The position numbers and the translations under genes are program-made. Of a DNA stretch of 64,000 nt, positions 56,033-64,000 are shown piece after piece; the stretch's first letter is position 1; each line of letters opens with the position of its first letter. Source of the DNA: Arenicellales bacterium (GTDB lineage Bacteria > Pseudomonadota > Gammaproteobacteria > BMS3Bbin11); assembly GCA_029287915.1 (NCBI GenBank), contig JARFQE010000029.1, forward strand, positions 7,245-71,244, given 5' to 3'. Under the pieces are notes generated by a model. The model ran no database searches and was not told where the DNA came from. It worked only from the letters and a program-made list of their open reading frames with translations.

Positions 56033-57484
56033 ATGCCACTAGTTAGGCGTACAAAAATAGTAGCCACCATTGGGCCAGCAACTGAAAGCCCTGAGATGCT
56101 TGAACAGTTGATACGGGCCGGAGTTGATGTTTTCCGTGTCAACTTTTCTCACGGAACAGCAAAGGCCCATAAGCAGCGGGCCAAAGATATTCGCAATGTT
56201 TCGGAAAAAGTGGGGCGTTTTGTTGGTATTCTTGCTGACCTGCAGGGGCCGAAGATCCGAATTGAGCAATTTAAGGATGGTTATGTCAAGCTGGTAGAAG
56301 GACAGTCATTTACTCTTGATGCTGATCTGGCAGCCGAGGATGGCGATATAAACTCAGTTGGTTTAACTTACAAGGCACTTCCTTCTGATGTTAATGTCGG
56401 TGATGTACTGCTGCTGGATGATGGTCTGATTGTTCTCAAAGTCGAGGATGTGACTCGCAGTAAAATATTCTGTATTGTTGAAGTTGGCGGCAAGCTGAGC
56501 AATAACAAAGGTGTGAATCGTCTGGGTGGTGGTTTGTCGGCCGGTGCATTGACAGAAAAAGATAAAAAGGACATCAAGCTGGCAGCGGAAATAGAAGCTG
56601 ATTTTCTGGCTGTCTCATTTGTACGAAATGCGGAAGATGTCCATGAAGCCCGTCGCCTGCTTAATGAAGCGGGTAGTGATGCGTGGATTGTGTCAAAGAT
56701 TGAGCGGGCCGAAGCCATTGACGTTATCGAAGAGATTACACTCGCATCAGATGTGTTGATGGTCGCGCGTGGTGATCTCGGTGTTGAGATTGGCGATGCT
56801 GAAATAACAGCTGTGCAGAAAATGATTATTACCCAGGCTCGCAACCTGGATCGCGTTGTTATAACGGCGACACAGATGCTGGAATCAATGATCGACAAAC
56901 AGATGCCGACAAGGGCAGAAGTTACTGACGTGGCAAATTCTGTGCTCGATGGAACAGATGCCGTTATGCTGTCTGCGGAAACTGCTGTTGGCAAGTATCC
57001 AATAAAGGCGATTGAAGCTATGGACAGGATCTGTCTTGGTGCAGAAAAGCATCGTAGTACCATTGTCAGGGAATCGCGTAATGACCAAAGTTTTCAACGA
57101 ATTGATGAGGCAATAGCCAAGGCCTGTATGTACACAGCCAACCGTTTGAATGTTCGTGCAATCATTGCGATGACAGAATCTGGTGCAACCGCACTGTGGA
57201 TGTCACGTATTAGTTCTGGACTCCCAATCTATGCAATGTCTAGCCAGTGCAGAACATTGCGCCAGGCATCAATGTATAGAGGCGTTGAGCCAATAAAATT
57301 TGAATCTAAAAGCACATCCCACTCTGTTGTAAACAGGGAGGTACAGGAAATCCTTAAACAGCGTGGTGCTATTCAGGATGATGATATTATTATCATTTCC
57401 AAAGGTGATCTGGTTGGAAAGCAGGGTGGAACAAATGCTATGAAGATTTTGCATGTTGGTGAGTATGAACATCAGACGGACTAG
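56033..57484 (+). CDS. pyk: Pyruvate kinase (PykA type)
   Basis: RRTKIVATIGP, DLQGPKIR, MVARGDLGVE, TQMLESM, DAVMLSAETA. Confidence 0.96.
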   Translation: MPLVRRTKIVATIGPATESPEMLEQLIRAGVDVFRVNFSHGTAKAHKQRAKDIRNVSEKVGRFVGILADLQGPKIRIEQFKDGYVKLVEGQSFTLDADLAAEDGDINSVGLTYKALPSDVNVGDVLLLDDGLIVLKVEDVTRSKIFCIVEVGGKLSNNKGVNRLGGGLSAGALTEKDKKDIKLAAEIEADFLAVSFVRNAEDVHEARRLLNEAGSDAWIVSKIERAEAIDVIEEITLASDVLMVARGDLGVEIGDAEITAVQKMIITQARNLDRVVITATQMLESMIDKQMPTRAEVTDVANSVLDGTDAVMLSAETAVGKYPIKAIEAMDRICLGAEKHRSTIVRESRNDQSFQRIDEAIAKACMYTANRLNVRAIIAMTESGATALWMSRISSGLPIYAMSSQCRTLRQASMYRGVEPIKFESKSTSHSVVNREVQEILKQRGAIQDDDIIIISKGDLVGKQGGTNAMKILHVGEYEHQTD

Positions 57485-57571
57485 TTGATCAATATCAGCA
57501 TTCCATGGGCTGAATGTTTATCAAGAATTTATAAACTTAACAGATATTAGACACTTAAAAAGGAGATACAT

Positions 57572-58609
57572 ATGGCTCTTATTTCAATGCGACAGCTGCT
57601 GGATTACGCAGCGGAAAATGACTTTGGCATGCCTGCTTTTAATGTTAATAATATGGAGCAGGTACACTCTATCATGCAGGCGGCTGATGCTGTAGATTCA
57701 CCAGTAATCATGCAGGGTTCTGCGGGTGCGCGTTCTTATGCCGGCGAATCATTTCTACGACACATGATTGCTGCAGCAATTGAGCAATACCCCCATATCC
57801 CCGTTGTTATGCATCAAGATCATGGTTCTGAGCCAGCAGTTTGTCTGCGCTCAATCCAGTCAGGATTTTCTTCTGTCATGATGGATGGTTCCCTGATGCC
57901 TGATATGAAGACTCCTGCTTCTTTTGAATACAATGTAGGGGTCACCAAAAAAGTTGTAGATATGGCTCATGCCGGCGGCGTTTCAGTGGAAGGCGAACTG
58001 GGTTGCCTCGGATCACTGGAAACCGGTGAAATGGGTGAAGAAGATGGCCATGGTGCAGAAGGCAAGCTGGACATGGATATGTTATTGACCGATGTTGATG
58101 AAGCGGTTGCTTTTGTCGATCAGACCGGTGTAGATGCTCTGGCTATAGCGATTGGAACTTCACACGGTGCCTACAAATTCACCAAAGAGCCTACCGGCGA
58201 TATCCTGCGTATTGACCGTATCAAGGAAATTCATGATGCACTTCCCAACACTCACCTGGTCATGCACGGTTCATCATCAGTGCCTCAGGACTGGCTGGAA
58301 ATCATCAATAATTACGGAGGTGACATGGGCCAGACTTATGGAGTGCCGGTCGAAGAAATTCAGGAAGGGATCAAGCATGGTGTAGCAAAGGTTAATATTG
58401 ATACCGACCTGCGCATGGCGTCAACAGGTGCGATTCGCAAGTTCCTGAGCGAGAATCCTTCTAACTTTGATCCGCGCAAATTCCTCAAGGCCTCAACTGA
58501 TGCCATGCAGGCAATTTGTCAGGCACGCTACGAAGCCTTTGGCTGTGCTGGACATGCCAGCAAAATCAAAGCAAAACGTCTGGAAGAGATGGTTTCATTC
58601 TATAGTTAG
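57572..58609 (+). CDS. fba: Class II fructose-bisphosphate aldolase
   Basis: [44 protein letters not shown]. Confidence 0.95.
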   Translation: MALISMRQLLDYAAENDFGMPAFNVNNMEQVHSIMQAADAVDSPVIMQGSAGARSYAGESFLRHMIAAAIEQYPHIPVVMHQDHGSEPAVCLRSIQSGFSSVMMDGSLMPDMKTPASFEYNVGVTKKVVDMAHAGGVSVEGELGCLGSLETGEMGEEDGHGAEGKLDMDMLLTDVDEAVAFVDQTGVDALAIAIGTSHGAYKFTKEPTGDILRIDRIKEIHDALPNTHLVMHGSSSVPQDWLEIINNYGGDMGQTYGVPVEEIQEGIKHGVAKVNIDTDLRMASTGAIRKFLSENPSNFDPRKFLKASTDAMQAICQARYEAFGCAGHASKIKAKRLEEMVSFYS

Positions 58610-58637
58610 TAGTTTTACTTTAACAGATGTTACAACT

Positions 58638-58671
58638 AACGGGTGTGAGGGTTCCTTGCACCCGTTTTTTT
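58638..58671 (+). terminator. Rho-independent terminator after fba
   Basis: AACGGGTGTGAGG-GTT-CCTTGCACCCGTT stem (two G-U pairs) running into a T-tract. Confidence 0.75.
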
Positions 58672-58739
58672 ACCTTGCAAGTTTAGTGATTTATCTAATC
58701 CCAATCATAAATTTAATACTAAATTATCGTCCCATTACA

Positions 58740-59207
58740 TTAGAGGCTTTTTACAAACCCCAGAACTTCCTCTGCATGACCTTTGACTTTTACCTTGCGG
58801 TACTCCTGTTTCAGAATGCCTTTCTCATCAATAACGAAGGTGCTTCGTACAATGCCCATATGAACTTTGCCATATAGTTTCTTTTCATGAATGACATCAA
58901 ACTGTTTGCATAGTTTTTCATCGGGATCAGAGATCAGGTCAAAGGGAAATTTCTGTTTAGCCTTGAAGTTTTCATGTTTTGTCAGGCTGTCACGAGATAC
59001 TCCAAAGATTTCGCAGTTTGCTTTCAGGAACTCGCCGTACAGGGCAGAGAAATCTCTCCCCTCAGTAGTGCATCCTGGAGTGCTGTCTTTTGGGTAAAAG
59101 TAAAGGACAAATTTTTTCCCCTTTAAATCTGATAGCTTGAACGATTTCTGTGACGTTGCCTGTACTTCACAATCAGGAATTTTCTTGTTTATTTCGGGTG
59201 CGGACAT
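58740..59207 (-). CDS. bcp: Peroxiredoxin Q / Bcp
   Basis: YFYPKDSTPGCTTE, GVSRDS, RSTFVID. Confidence 0.92.
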   Translation of the reverse strand: MSAPEINKKIPDCEVQATSQKSFKLSDLKGKKFVLYFYPKDSTPGCTTEGRDFSALYGEFLKANCEIFGVSRDSLTKHENFKAKQKFPFDLISDPDEKLCKQFDVIHEKKLYGKVHMGIVRSTFVIDEKGILKQEYRKVKVKGHAEEVLGFVKSL

Positions 59208-59286
59208 GTGTTTTCTCCAGCTGGATAATAATTAGTCTTTAGTAGAAATACGTAATATATAAAACCTGTTATGTATTTTCTCTCTT

Positions 59287-60261
59287 TCATCTACTTTTAT
59301 ACTGATTCTGTAACAACAAAAGAAACAATGGCACACCCAGCAAGGCAGTGAGGACACCAACAGGGACCTGTTGAGGGGCTAATAGACTACGAGCCAGTGT
59401 GTCGGCGAGTACGAGAAAGCTGCCGCCGGTAAGGATTGTTGCTGGCAGTAGTAGTCGATAGTCTCGAAACCCGATTAGACGAAGCGCATGTGGAATGATC
59501 AGTCCAACAAAGCCAATGCTGCCTGCCATGCTGACAGCAGTAGCTGTCATTGCAGCTGCGAGGATGAAGATTATCATCCGCAGTTGAAGAATATTTTCTC
59601 CAAGTGCAGCTGCCTGTTGCTGGCCTCTAACTAAAAGATTGAGGGGTCTTGCAATTGCCCAACTGATGGTAAATGTAATTATAAGTACGAAAAAGCCGGT
59701 AACTGTATGGCTAGCCTGCGACAGATCACCCATTAGCCAGAATAACATCCCATGAATTTGCTGCTGCTTTGAAATCGCCAGCAGAAAGCTGATGATAGCA
59801 CTCCAGCCAGCCGCTATAACGACGCCCGTCAACAACAGGCGTTCTGTCGTCCAGTTGCCATTCGAAAAGGAAATACTAAAGACCAGAAGGGTGGAAACAA
59901 GTGCTCCGGCAAAGGCAGTCACTGGTGTCCACGTGGATGAGAGGCCAAGCAACAGGGCAATAAGAGTGCAGGCACCAGCTCCGCCGGAAATGCCAAGGAT
60001 GTATGGTTCGGCAAGTGGGTTACGCAGTAGCACCTGTAAAAGAGCACCTGCCATTGATAATAAGCCACCGACAATAAAGCCATCGATTGCCCGTTGTGTC
60101 CGTAGGGTGATAATAGTCGTGGTGAAAGAGTTTGCTTGTCCGGACATATATGACCAAAGTTCATCTATGCCTGTATCTGAACTGCCAATGACTAGCGCCA
60201 GAATCCCACTAAGCGGGACAAGTAGTGTAAGCAGAGCCAGTAGTTTGTACTTGGTGCTCAC
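59287..60261 (-). CDS. FecCD/BtuC family iron-chelate or cobalamin ABC permease
   Basis: LLRNPLAEPYILGISGGA, FWLMG, GSIGFVGLIIPH, PVGVLTALLGVP. Confidence 0.88.
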   Translation of the reverse strand: MSTKYKLLALLTLLVPLSGILALVIGSSDTGIDELWSYMSGQANSFTTTIITLRTQRAIDGFIVGGLLSMAGALLQVLLRNPLAEPYILGISGGAGACTLIALLLGLSSTWTPVTAFAGALVSTLLVFSISFSNGNWTTERLLLTGVVIAAGWSAIISFLLAISKQQQIHGMLFWLMGDLSQASHTVTGFFVLIITFTISWAIARPLNLLVRGQQQAAALGENILQLRMIIFILAAAMTATAVSMAGSIGFVGLIIPHALRLIGFRDYRLLLPATILTGGSFLVLADTLARSLLAPQQVPVGVLTALLGVPLFLLLLQNQYKSR

Positions 60262-60920
60262 TCAGGATCCGCTAAGGTAAGTACCTGCCAGCCAGCCTGC
60301 CTGGCATGCCTTGCCAGTTCCGGGTCAGGATTTACGGCGACAGGATTGTCGACTTCCAGTAGTAGTGGCAGGTCATTGTGTGAGTCGGAATAAAACCAGC
60401 TGCCCTGCATATTATAGTTTTTTTCGTTTAGCCATTTATGCAGACGGATTACTTTTCCCTCTTTATAGCTGGGCACACCACTTACAGCACCTGTGTACTG
60501 GTTTTCAATGATCTCAGCAGTGGTAGCAATTAATTCATCGATGCCGAAAAGATCTGCGATAGGGCGGGTAACAAAATCGTTGGTCGCCGTTATCAGGAGC
60601 AGGGTATCACCACGTTGCCGGTGCTTATCTACGAGTTTCAATGCCTGCGTGGTAATGATTGGTTTGATGTAATGCTCGATGTAATCTTCCCGCATTTGTA
60701 AAAGCTCAGGCATAGGAATACGTGCCAAAGGCGCCAGTTGAAAACGCAGAAAAGCCATGATATCCATCTGGCCGCTTAGGTATTCCTGATAGAAACGATC
60801 ATTCTCACGTTGATGTGACTCTCTTTCTACAGCGCCTTTGTCGATAAGGTACATTCCCCATAGATAATCACTGTCTCCTCTGAGAAGTGTGTTATCAAGA
60901 TCAAAAATTGCTAGTGCCAC
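60258..60920 (-). CDS. HAD-IB hydrolase (histidinol-phosphate phosphatase-like)
   Basis: FDLDNTL..GDSD..W, TATN, GKV, FYSDSHNDLPLL; divergent from rppH, as for Pseudomonas PA0335. Confidence 0.8.
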   Translation of the reverse strand: MALAIFDLDNTLLRGDSDYLWGMYLIDKGAVERESHQRENDRFYQEYLSGQMDIMAFLRFQLAPLARIPMPELLQMREDYIEHYIKPIITTQALKLVDKHRQRGDTLLLITATNDFVTRPIADLFGIDELIATTAEIIENQYTGAVSGVPSYKEGKVIRLHKWLNEKNYNMQGSWFYSDSHNDLPLLLEVDNPVAVNPDPELARHARQAGWQVLTLADPE

Positions 60921-61056
60921 GTTTCAGTCCAGGTATTTTTGGCGGCCTATTCTACAGCGAATTCCTTGTTCGGGCGATAATGTACGCGAAAATGTGACAG
61001 ATAGCTGACAGTATGTTATTTTTTATAAATTAGTAAGAAATTATGGAAATTGAGCT

Positions 61057-61521
61057 ATGCTAGACAAAGAAGGCTACAGACCTAATGTCGGCATCGTTTT
61101 ATGTAATGATATTAAGCAGGTATTGTGGGCTCGTCGCATTAAACACGATGGCTGGCAGTTTCCACAAGGTGGAGTGAAGGCAGATGAATCTCCAGACGAT
61201 GCCATGTATCGGGAACTCAGAGAGGAAATTGGGCTAAAGCCGCACCAGGTAAAAATTATCGGGCGAACCAGCGACTGGTTGCATTATGATCTCCCATATT
61301 CCTGTCGCCGTCACGGCCATTCACGCTTTCGTGGCCAGAAACAGCTGTGGTTTCTGTTGCGTTTCACCGGCTCTGATACAGATGTCTGTCTAAATCAGTC
61401 TGATTGTCCTGAATTTGATCACTGGCAATGGGTAACCTACTGGCAGCCACTGAAACACGTGGTGCATTTTAAAAGAGATGTCTACCAGGCTGCATTAAAA
61501 GAACTGGAAGCCTTTCTGTAG
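61057..61521 (+). CDS. rppH: RNA pyrophosphohydrolase
   Basis: GYRPNVGI, WQFPQGG, Nudix box RELREEIG, GQKQ.WFLL, EFD.W.WV.YW, FKRDVY. Confidence 0.95.
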   Translation: MLDKEGYRPNVGIVLCNDIKQVLWARRIKHDGWQFPQGGVKADESPDDAMYRELREEIGLKPHQVKIIGRTSDWLHYDLPYSCRRHGHSRFRGQKQLWFLLRFTGSDTDVCLNQSDCPEFDHWQWVTYWQPLKHVVHFKRDVYQAALKELEAFL

Positions 61522-61560
61522 CAGGGCTTAATCTTTTTTATAGGCCCTCGCATCGGCAGC

Positions 61561-62166
61561 TTATTTTTCGGTCTTGTGTGAAGGGCCCTGTTTTCCGATT
61601 CGACTTATTTTCAGGATTTCTATGGTGTTTACGGGTACATCGCTGCGACCCAGCTTTGATGTAGTGGGAGTGCCTTCAATTTTCATCACGACGTCCATGC
61701 CGCGAGTTACTTTTCCAAATACAGTATAGCCCCAGCCACGGATTGTTTTGCTGGTAAAATTCAGGTTGTCGTTATCTTTAGTATTGATGAAGAACTGATC
61801 TGTGGCTGAATGCGGCTCGCCAGTGCGTGCCATGGCGATGCTTCCTTTTACATTCTTTAGTCCATTATCAGCTTCATTTTTAATTGGCATAACACCTCCA
61901 AGCTTTTTCAATGACTTGTTCAACCCGCCACCCTGAATCATGAAGTTTTTTATTACCCTGTGAAATATTGTGCCGTTGTAATGCTTCTGCTCAACTAGTG
62001 AGAGAAAGTTGTTAACAGTAACAGGTGCTTGTTGTGGATATAAAGTAACTTCGAAATTACCGGCACTGGTTTCAAATAAAACTACCGGATTGTCTTCGGC
62101 ATGTGCCGAAATCAGGCTAACAGTCGTCAGCAGGGAAAGTAATAGAATTGCATTAATAATTTTCAT
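61561..62166 (-). CDS. ppiA: Periplasmic cyclophilin-type peptidyl-prolyl isomerase
   Basis: Signal peptide, FHRVIKNFMIQGGG, IAMART, QFFIN, GYTVFGKV. Confidence 0.88.
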   Translation of the reverse strand: MKIINAILLLSLLTTVSLISAHAEDNPVVLFETSAGNFEVTLYPQQAPVTVNNFLSLVEQKHYNGTIFHRVIKNFMIQGGGLNKSLKKLGGVMPIKNEADNGLKNVKGSIAMARTGEPHSATDQFFINTKDNDNLNFTSKTIRGWGYTVFGKVTRGMDVVMKIEGTPTTSKLGRSDVPVNTIEILKISRIGKQGPSHKTEK

Positions 62167-62244
62167 AGATATATCCTTATACTATAAATACAGGCGCCAG
62201 ATTGCAGGATTGTTAGTCTCGAAAAGGGGAACTTGAGACTGCTG

Positions 62245-62703
62245 TTATTCCATATCAAGAATCATCTGCCAGTGTTCCTTGCTCACCGGCATTATGGAAA
62301 GGCGATTCCCCCTCCTTAACAGGGGCATGCCGTCGAGTTCAGGTAAACTCTTTAGCTCCTTAAGTGTAATATTGCGCTTGAGATCACGTACATATTTCAC
62401 ATCTACCATGTACCAGCGCGGATTATCAGGATCACTTTTGGGATCGTAGTAGTGTTGTTCAGGGTCGAATGCTGTGTAGTCCGGGTAACCTTCGCGTGTT
62501 ACCTCCATAATGCCAACGATACCGGGTTCCTTGCAGTTCGAGTGATAAAAAAAGACCTGGTCACCGGCTTTGATTTCATCGCGCAACATGTTTCTGGCCT
62601 GATAATTTCGTATTCCATCCCAGTGGTCAGTCTGATTCGGTAGTGCTTTAAGATGCTCAATGCCAAATACATCAGGTTCACTTTTGAATAGCCAATAGCT
62701 CAT
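62245..62703 (-). CDS. EVE domain protein
   Basis: YWLFKSEP, WDGIRNYQARN, FFYHSNC, Y.DPKS....PRW.MVD, RLSIMPV. Confidence 0.95.
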   Translation of the reverse strand: MSYWLFKSEPDVFGIEHLKALPNQTDHWDGIRNYQARNMLRDEIKAGDQVFFYHSNCKEPGIVGIMEVTREGYPDYTAFDPEQHYYDPKSDPDNPRWYMVDVKYVRDLKRNITLKELKSLPELDGMPLLRRGNRLSIMPVSKEHWQMILDME

Positions 62704-63011
62704 TGTTTAATCTCATATTTACTGTGACTAGGGTAGAAACCAAACCAGCCTGATAAATGCTGATAAGCTTGCTTTGGCTCAGGATAAACCCAGCAGATAT
62801 CATTAATCCAGCCGAGTTCAGTTTTCAGATCTACCCACCGGCATGTGCCTTTGATCGGGCAGATATATATACGATCACTAATCTGAAACAGATCCATATT
62901 GATCAGATCAGGATGAATGTAATAGTTGTTTTCAATCAGCTGCAACTGGTCACCATTTGCCTGCAGTAAAATACTGTTATCATGTTTCATACATATTGTT
63001 ACTGAGGACAT
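62700..63011 (-). CDS. Divergent DUF427 family protein
   Basis: ENNYY..PD, CPIKG, W.YPEPK.....L.GW.GFY resemble the DUF427 pattern EGN.YFP, CP.KG, W.YPEP, AF. Confidence 0.6.
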   Translation of the reverse strand: MSSVTICMKHDNSILLQANGDQLQLIENNYYIHPDLINMDLFQISDRIYICPIKGTCRWVDLKTELGWINDICWVYPEPKQAYQHLSGWFGFYPSHSKYEIKQ

Positions 63012-63014
63012 TCT

Positions 63015-63650
63015 TTAACCCTCTGAAATGTAATGTGGTTTGATGATATGGCCTGGCGTTATCGTCATATCAGGCACGATGTCCCAGCTATCACGAGGTA
63101 AATAAGGGATATACTGGATGTCATGACCTGTAGCGATAAGAACAGGGCGTTTTCCTGTATTGACATTTCGAGCACTAGCGCTACTGCCAGATGAGCAGCA
63201 TTCAGCAAGTGATCGGTCATAATAACCTCCCCCCATCCCCAGGCGGTTGCCATTGGCATCAAATGCAACAAGTGGCATAAATATCAGCCCCATCTCAGCT
63301 GCCGTTAAACGTTGGCGATGATGTACTATTGGTTCCGCTATACCATAGCGGTTATATGACATGGGCTGTCTTGGTGTCCACTCGGCAAAATTCAGTTTTT
63401 TGTTGTCCGGCGTCCCTAGTACCGGTAGATAACACCGCCTGCCCTGGTTGAAACAATGGACCATCAATGGCAGCAGATCAATTTCACCATCTTGTGCCAG
63501 ATAAAAGGCAATTCGATCTACATGATGTATGGCAGTTACATTCGACAATATTCTTCGAACAAGTGCCAGGCTTGCAAGATGCTGGCGAAAAGCAGGCAAG
63601 CTGGCACGCTTTTTACGAATCTGCTGGCGAATGGCTATCTTGTCTGTCAT
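63015..63650 (-). CDS. fau: 5-formyltetrahydrofolate cyclo-ligase
   Basis: K..IRQ..R.KR, DGEID, YLP, NRYGIAEP, MPLVAFD..GNRLGMGGGYYDRS, WD. Start set at MTDK (63650) because the longer ORF start lies inside the 6S RNA. Confidence 0.93.
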   Translation of the reverse strand: MTDKIAIRQQIRKKRASLPAFRQHLASLALVRRILSNVTAIHHVDRIAFYLAQDGEIDLLPLMVHCFNQGRRCYLPVLGTPDNKKLNFAEWTPRQPMSYNRYGIAEPIVHHRQRLTAAEMGLIFMPLVAFDANGNRLGMGGGYYDRSLAECCSSGSSASARNVNTGKRPVLIATGHDIQYIPYLPRDSWDIVPDMTITPGHIIKPHYISEG

Positions 63651-63680
63651 CAGCTGGACATATTGATATAGGTGAGGTGG

Positions 63681-63866
63681 CGCCCCCGCCTGTGCCGTAA
63701 TACTCATTTTCCTTGAACCAAAGGTTCAAGTGGGACTCTTGGCCATGCATCAGACTATCAACATGAGGTTCATGAAGACGGCTCAACAGCGTTACCTCTG
63801 AATCCCGGAATTGTGGATTAGGTTCTAAGGGTTGTCAGAGCACTACGCACACCGCAGCAGACGCCA
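63681..63866 (-). ncRNA. ssrS: 6S RNA
   Basis: About 185 nt between zapA and fau; conserved CTTGAACC...GGTTCAAGG hairpin; 5' GTGCGTAGTGCTC pairs with 3' GAGTATTACGGCAC. Ends approximate. Confidence 0.88.
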
Positions 63867-63873
63867 CGGCTTT

Positions 63874-63879
63874 ATTATA
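63874..63879 (-). promoter_or_regulatory. -10 box (TATAAT) of the putative ssrS promoter
   Basis: Perfect TATAAT on the minus strand about 10 nt upstream of the 6S 5' stem; contains the zapA stop codon. Confidence 0.6.
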
Positions 63880-64000
63880 GCTCCATTTCGGCCTGGCCAT
63901 CCAAGGCTTCTTCAATATTTCTGCGAAGTGCCTTGATGCGAGATTCCATTTCAAGGGTAAGACCAGTTTCCTGACGGAGGGACAACAGGTCATGGGCAAT
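63875..64000 (-). CDS. zapA: Cell division protein ZapA (partial, 3' end)
   Basis: IAHDLL...ESRIKALRRNIEEALDGQAEMEL* and the zapA-ssrS-fau synteny. Confidence 0.8.
   Translation of the reverse strand: MAHDLLSLRQETGLTLEMESRIKALRRNIEEALDGQAEMEL

Noticed and set aside
61057-61521. rppH not followed by ptsP
   Set aside because: The rppH-ptsP linkage is not universal; an ordinary synteny difference.
63651-63707. Longer fau ORF start (MSITAQAG...)
   Set aside because: It lies inside the 6S RNA 3' stem.

Overview
Mostly core chromosome of a Gammaproteobacterium (inferred from gene content and Pseudomonas-like synteny; a Chromatiales/Thiotrichales-like lineage is plausible but cannot be proved from this window). 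In order: 3' end of an MrpD-like antiporter subunit; pteridine reductase back-to-back with midA-uppP; comF and bioBFHCD with a BirA operator; MIF-like tautomerase, DUF938, pyrD; an A1-type cytochrome c oxidase cluster (coxB with fused cytochrome c, coxA, ctaG, coxC, SURF1, cyoE, SCO) with a perfect FNR box upstream and no heme A synthase; an accessory block (unknown membrane protein plus metal ABC transporter, a 763-aa CARDB/Ig surface protein, small ORFs); purC-DUF3445-gluQ; a long minus-strand run gshA-gshB-apbE-NusG II-Gx transporter-tonB-yqgE-ruvX-pyrR-pyrB-pyrC'; the pil-chp chemosensory cluster (pilGHIJ, chpA, chpC; no pilK or chpB); a decayed copy (about 92% identical) of the last ChpA Hpt domain downstream of chpC; an orphan PhnD-like binding protein; tkt-gap-pgk-pyk-fba; bcp, an orphan BtuC/FecCD permease, a HAD phosphatase, rppH, ppiA; and zapA-6S RNA-fau-DUF427-EVE. 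No CRISPR array, rRNA, tRNA, IS or prophage gene was recognised. The strongest leads are the repeat-bounded chpA Hpt cassette copy, the ApbE/NusG-II/Gx triad (a possible flavin export and flavinylation module), and the His-tailed membrane protein heading the metal ABC operon. All product calls come from motif recognition by eye, with no database searches, and all counts were made by hand.
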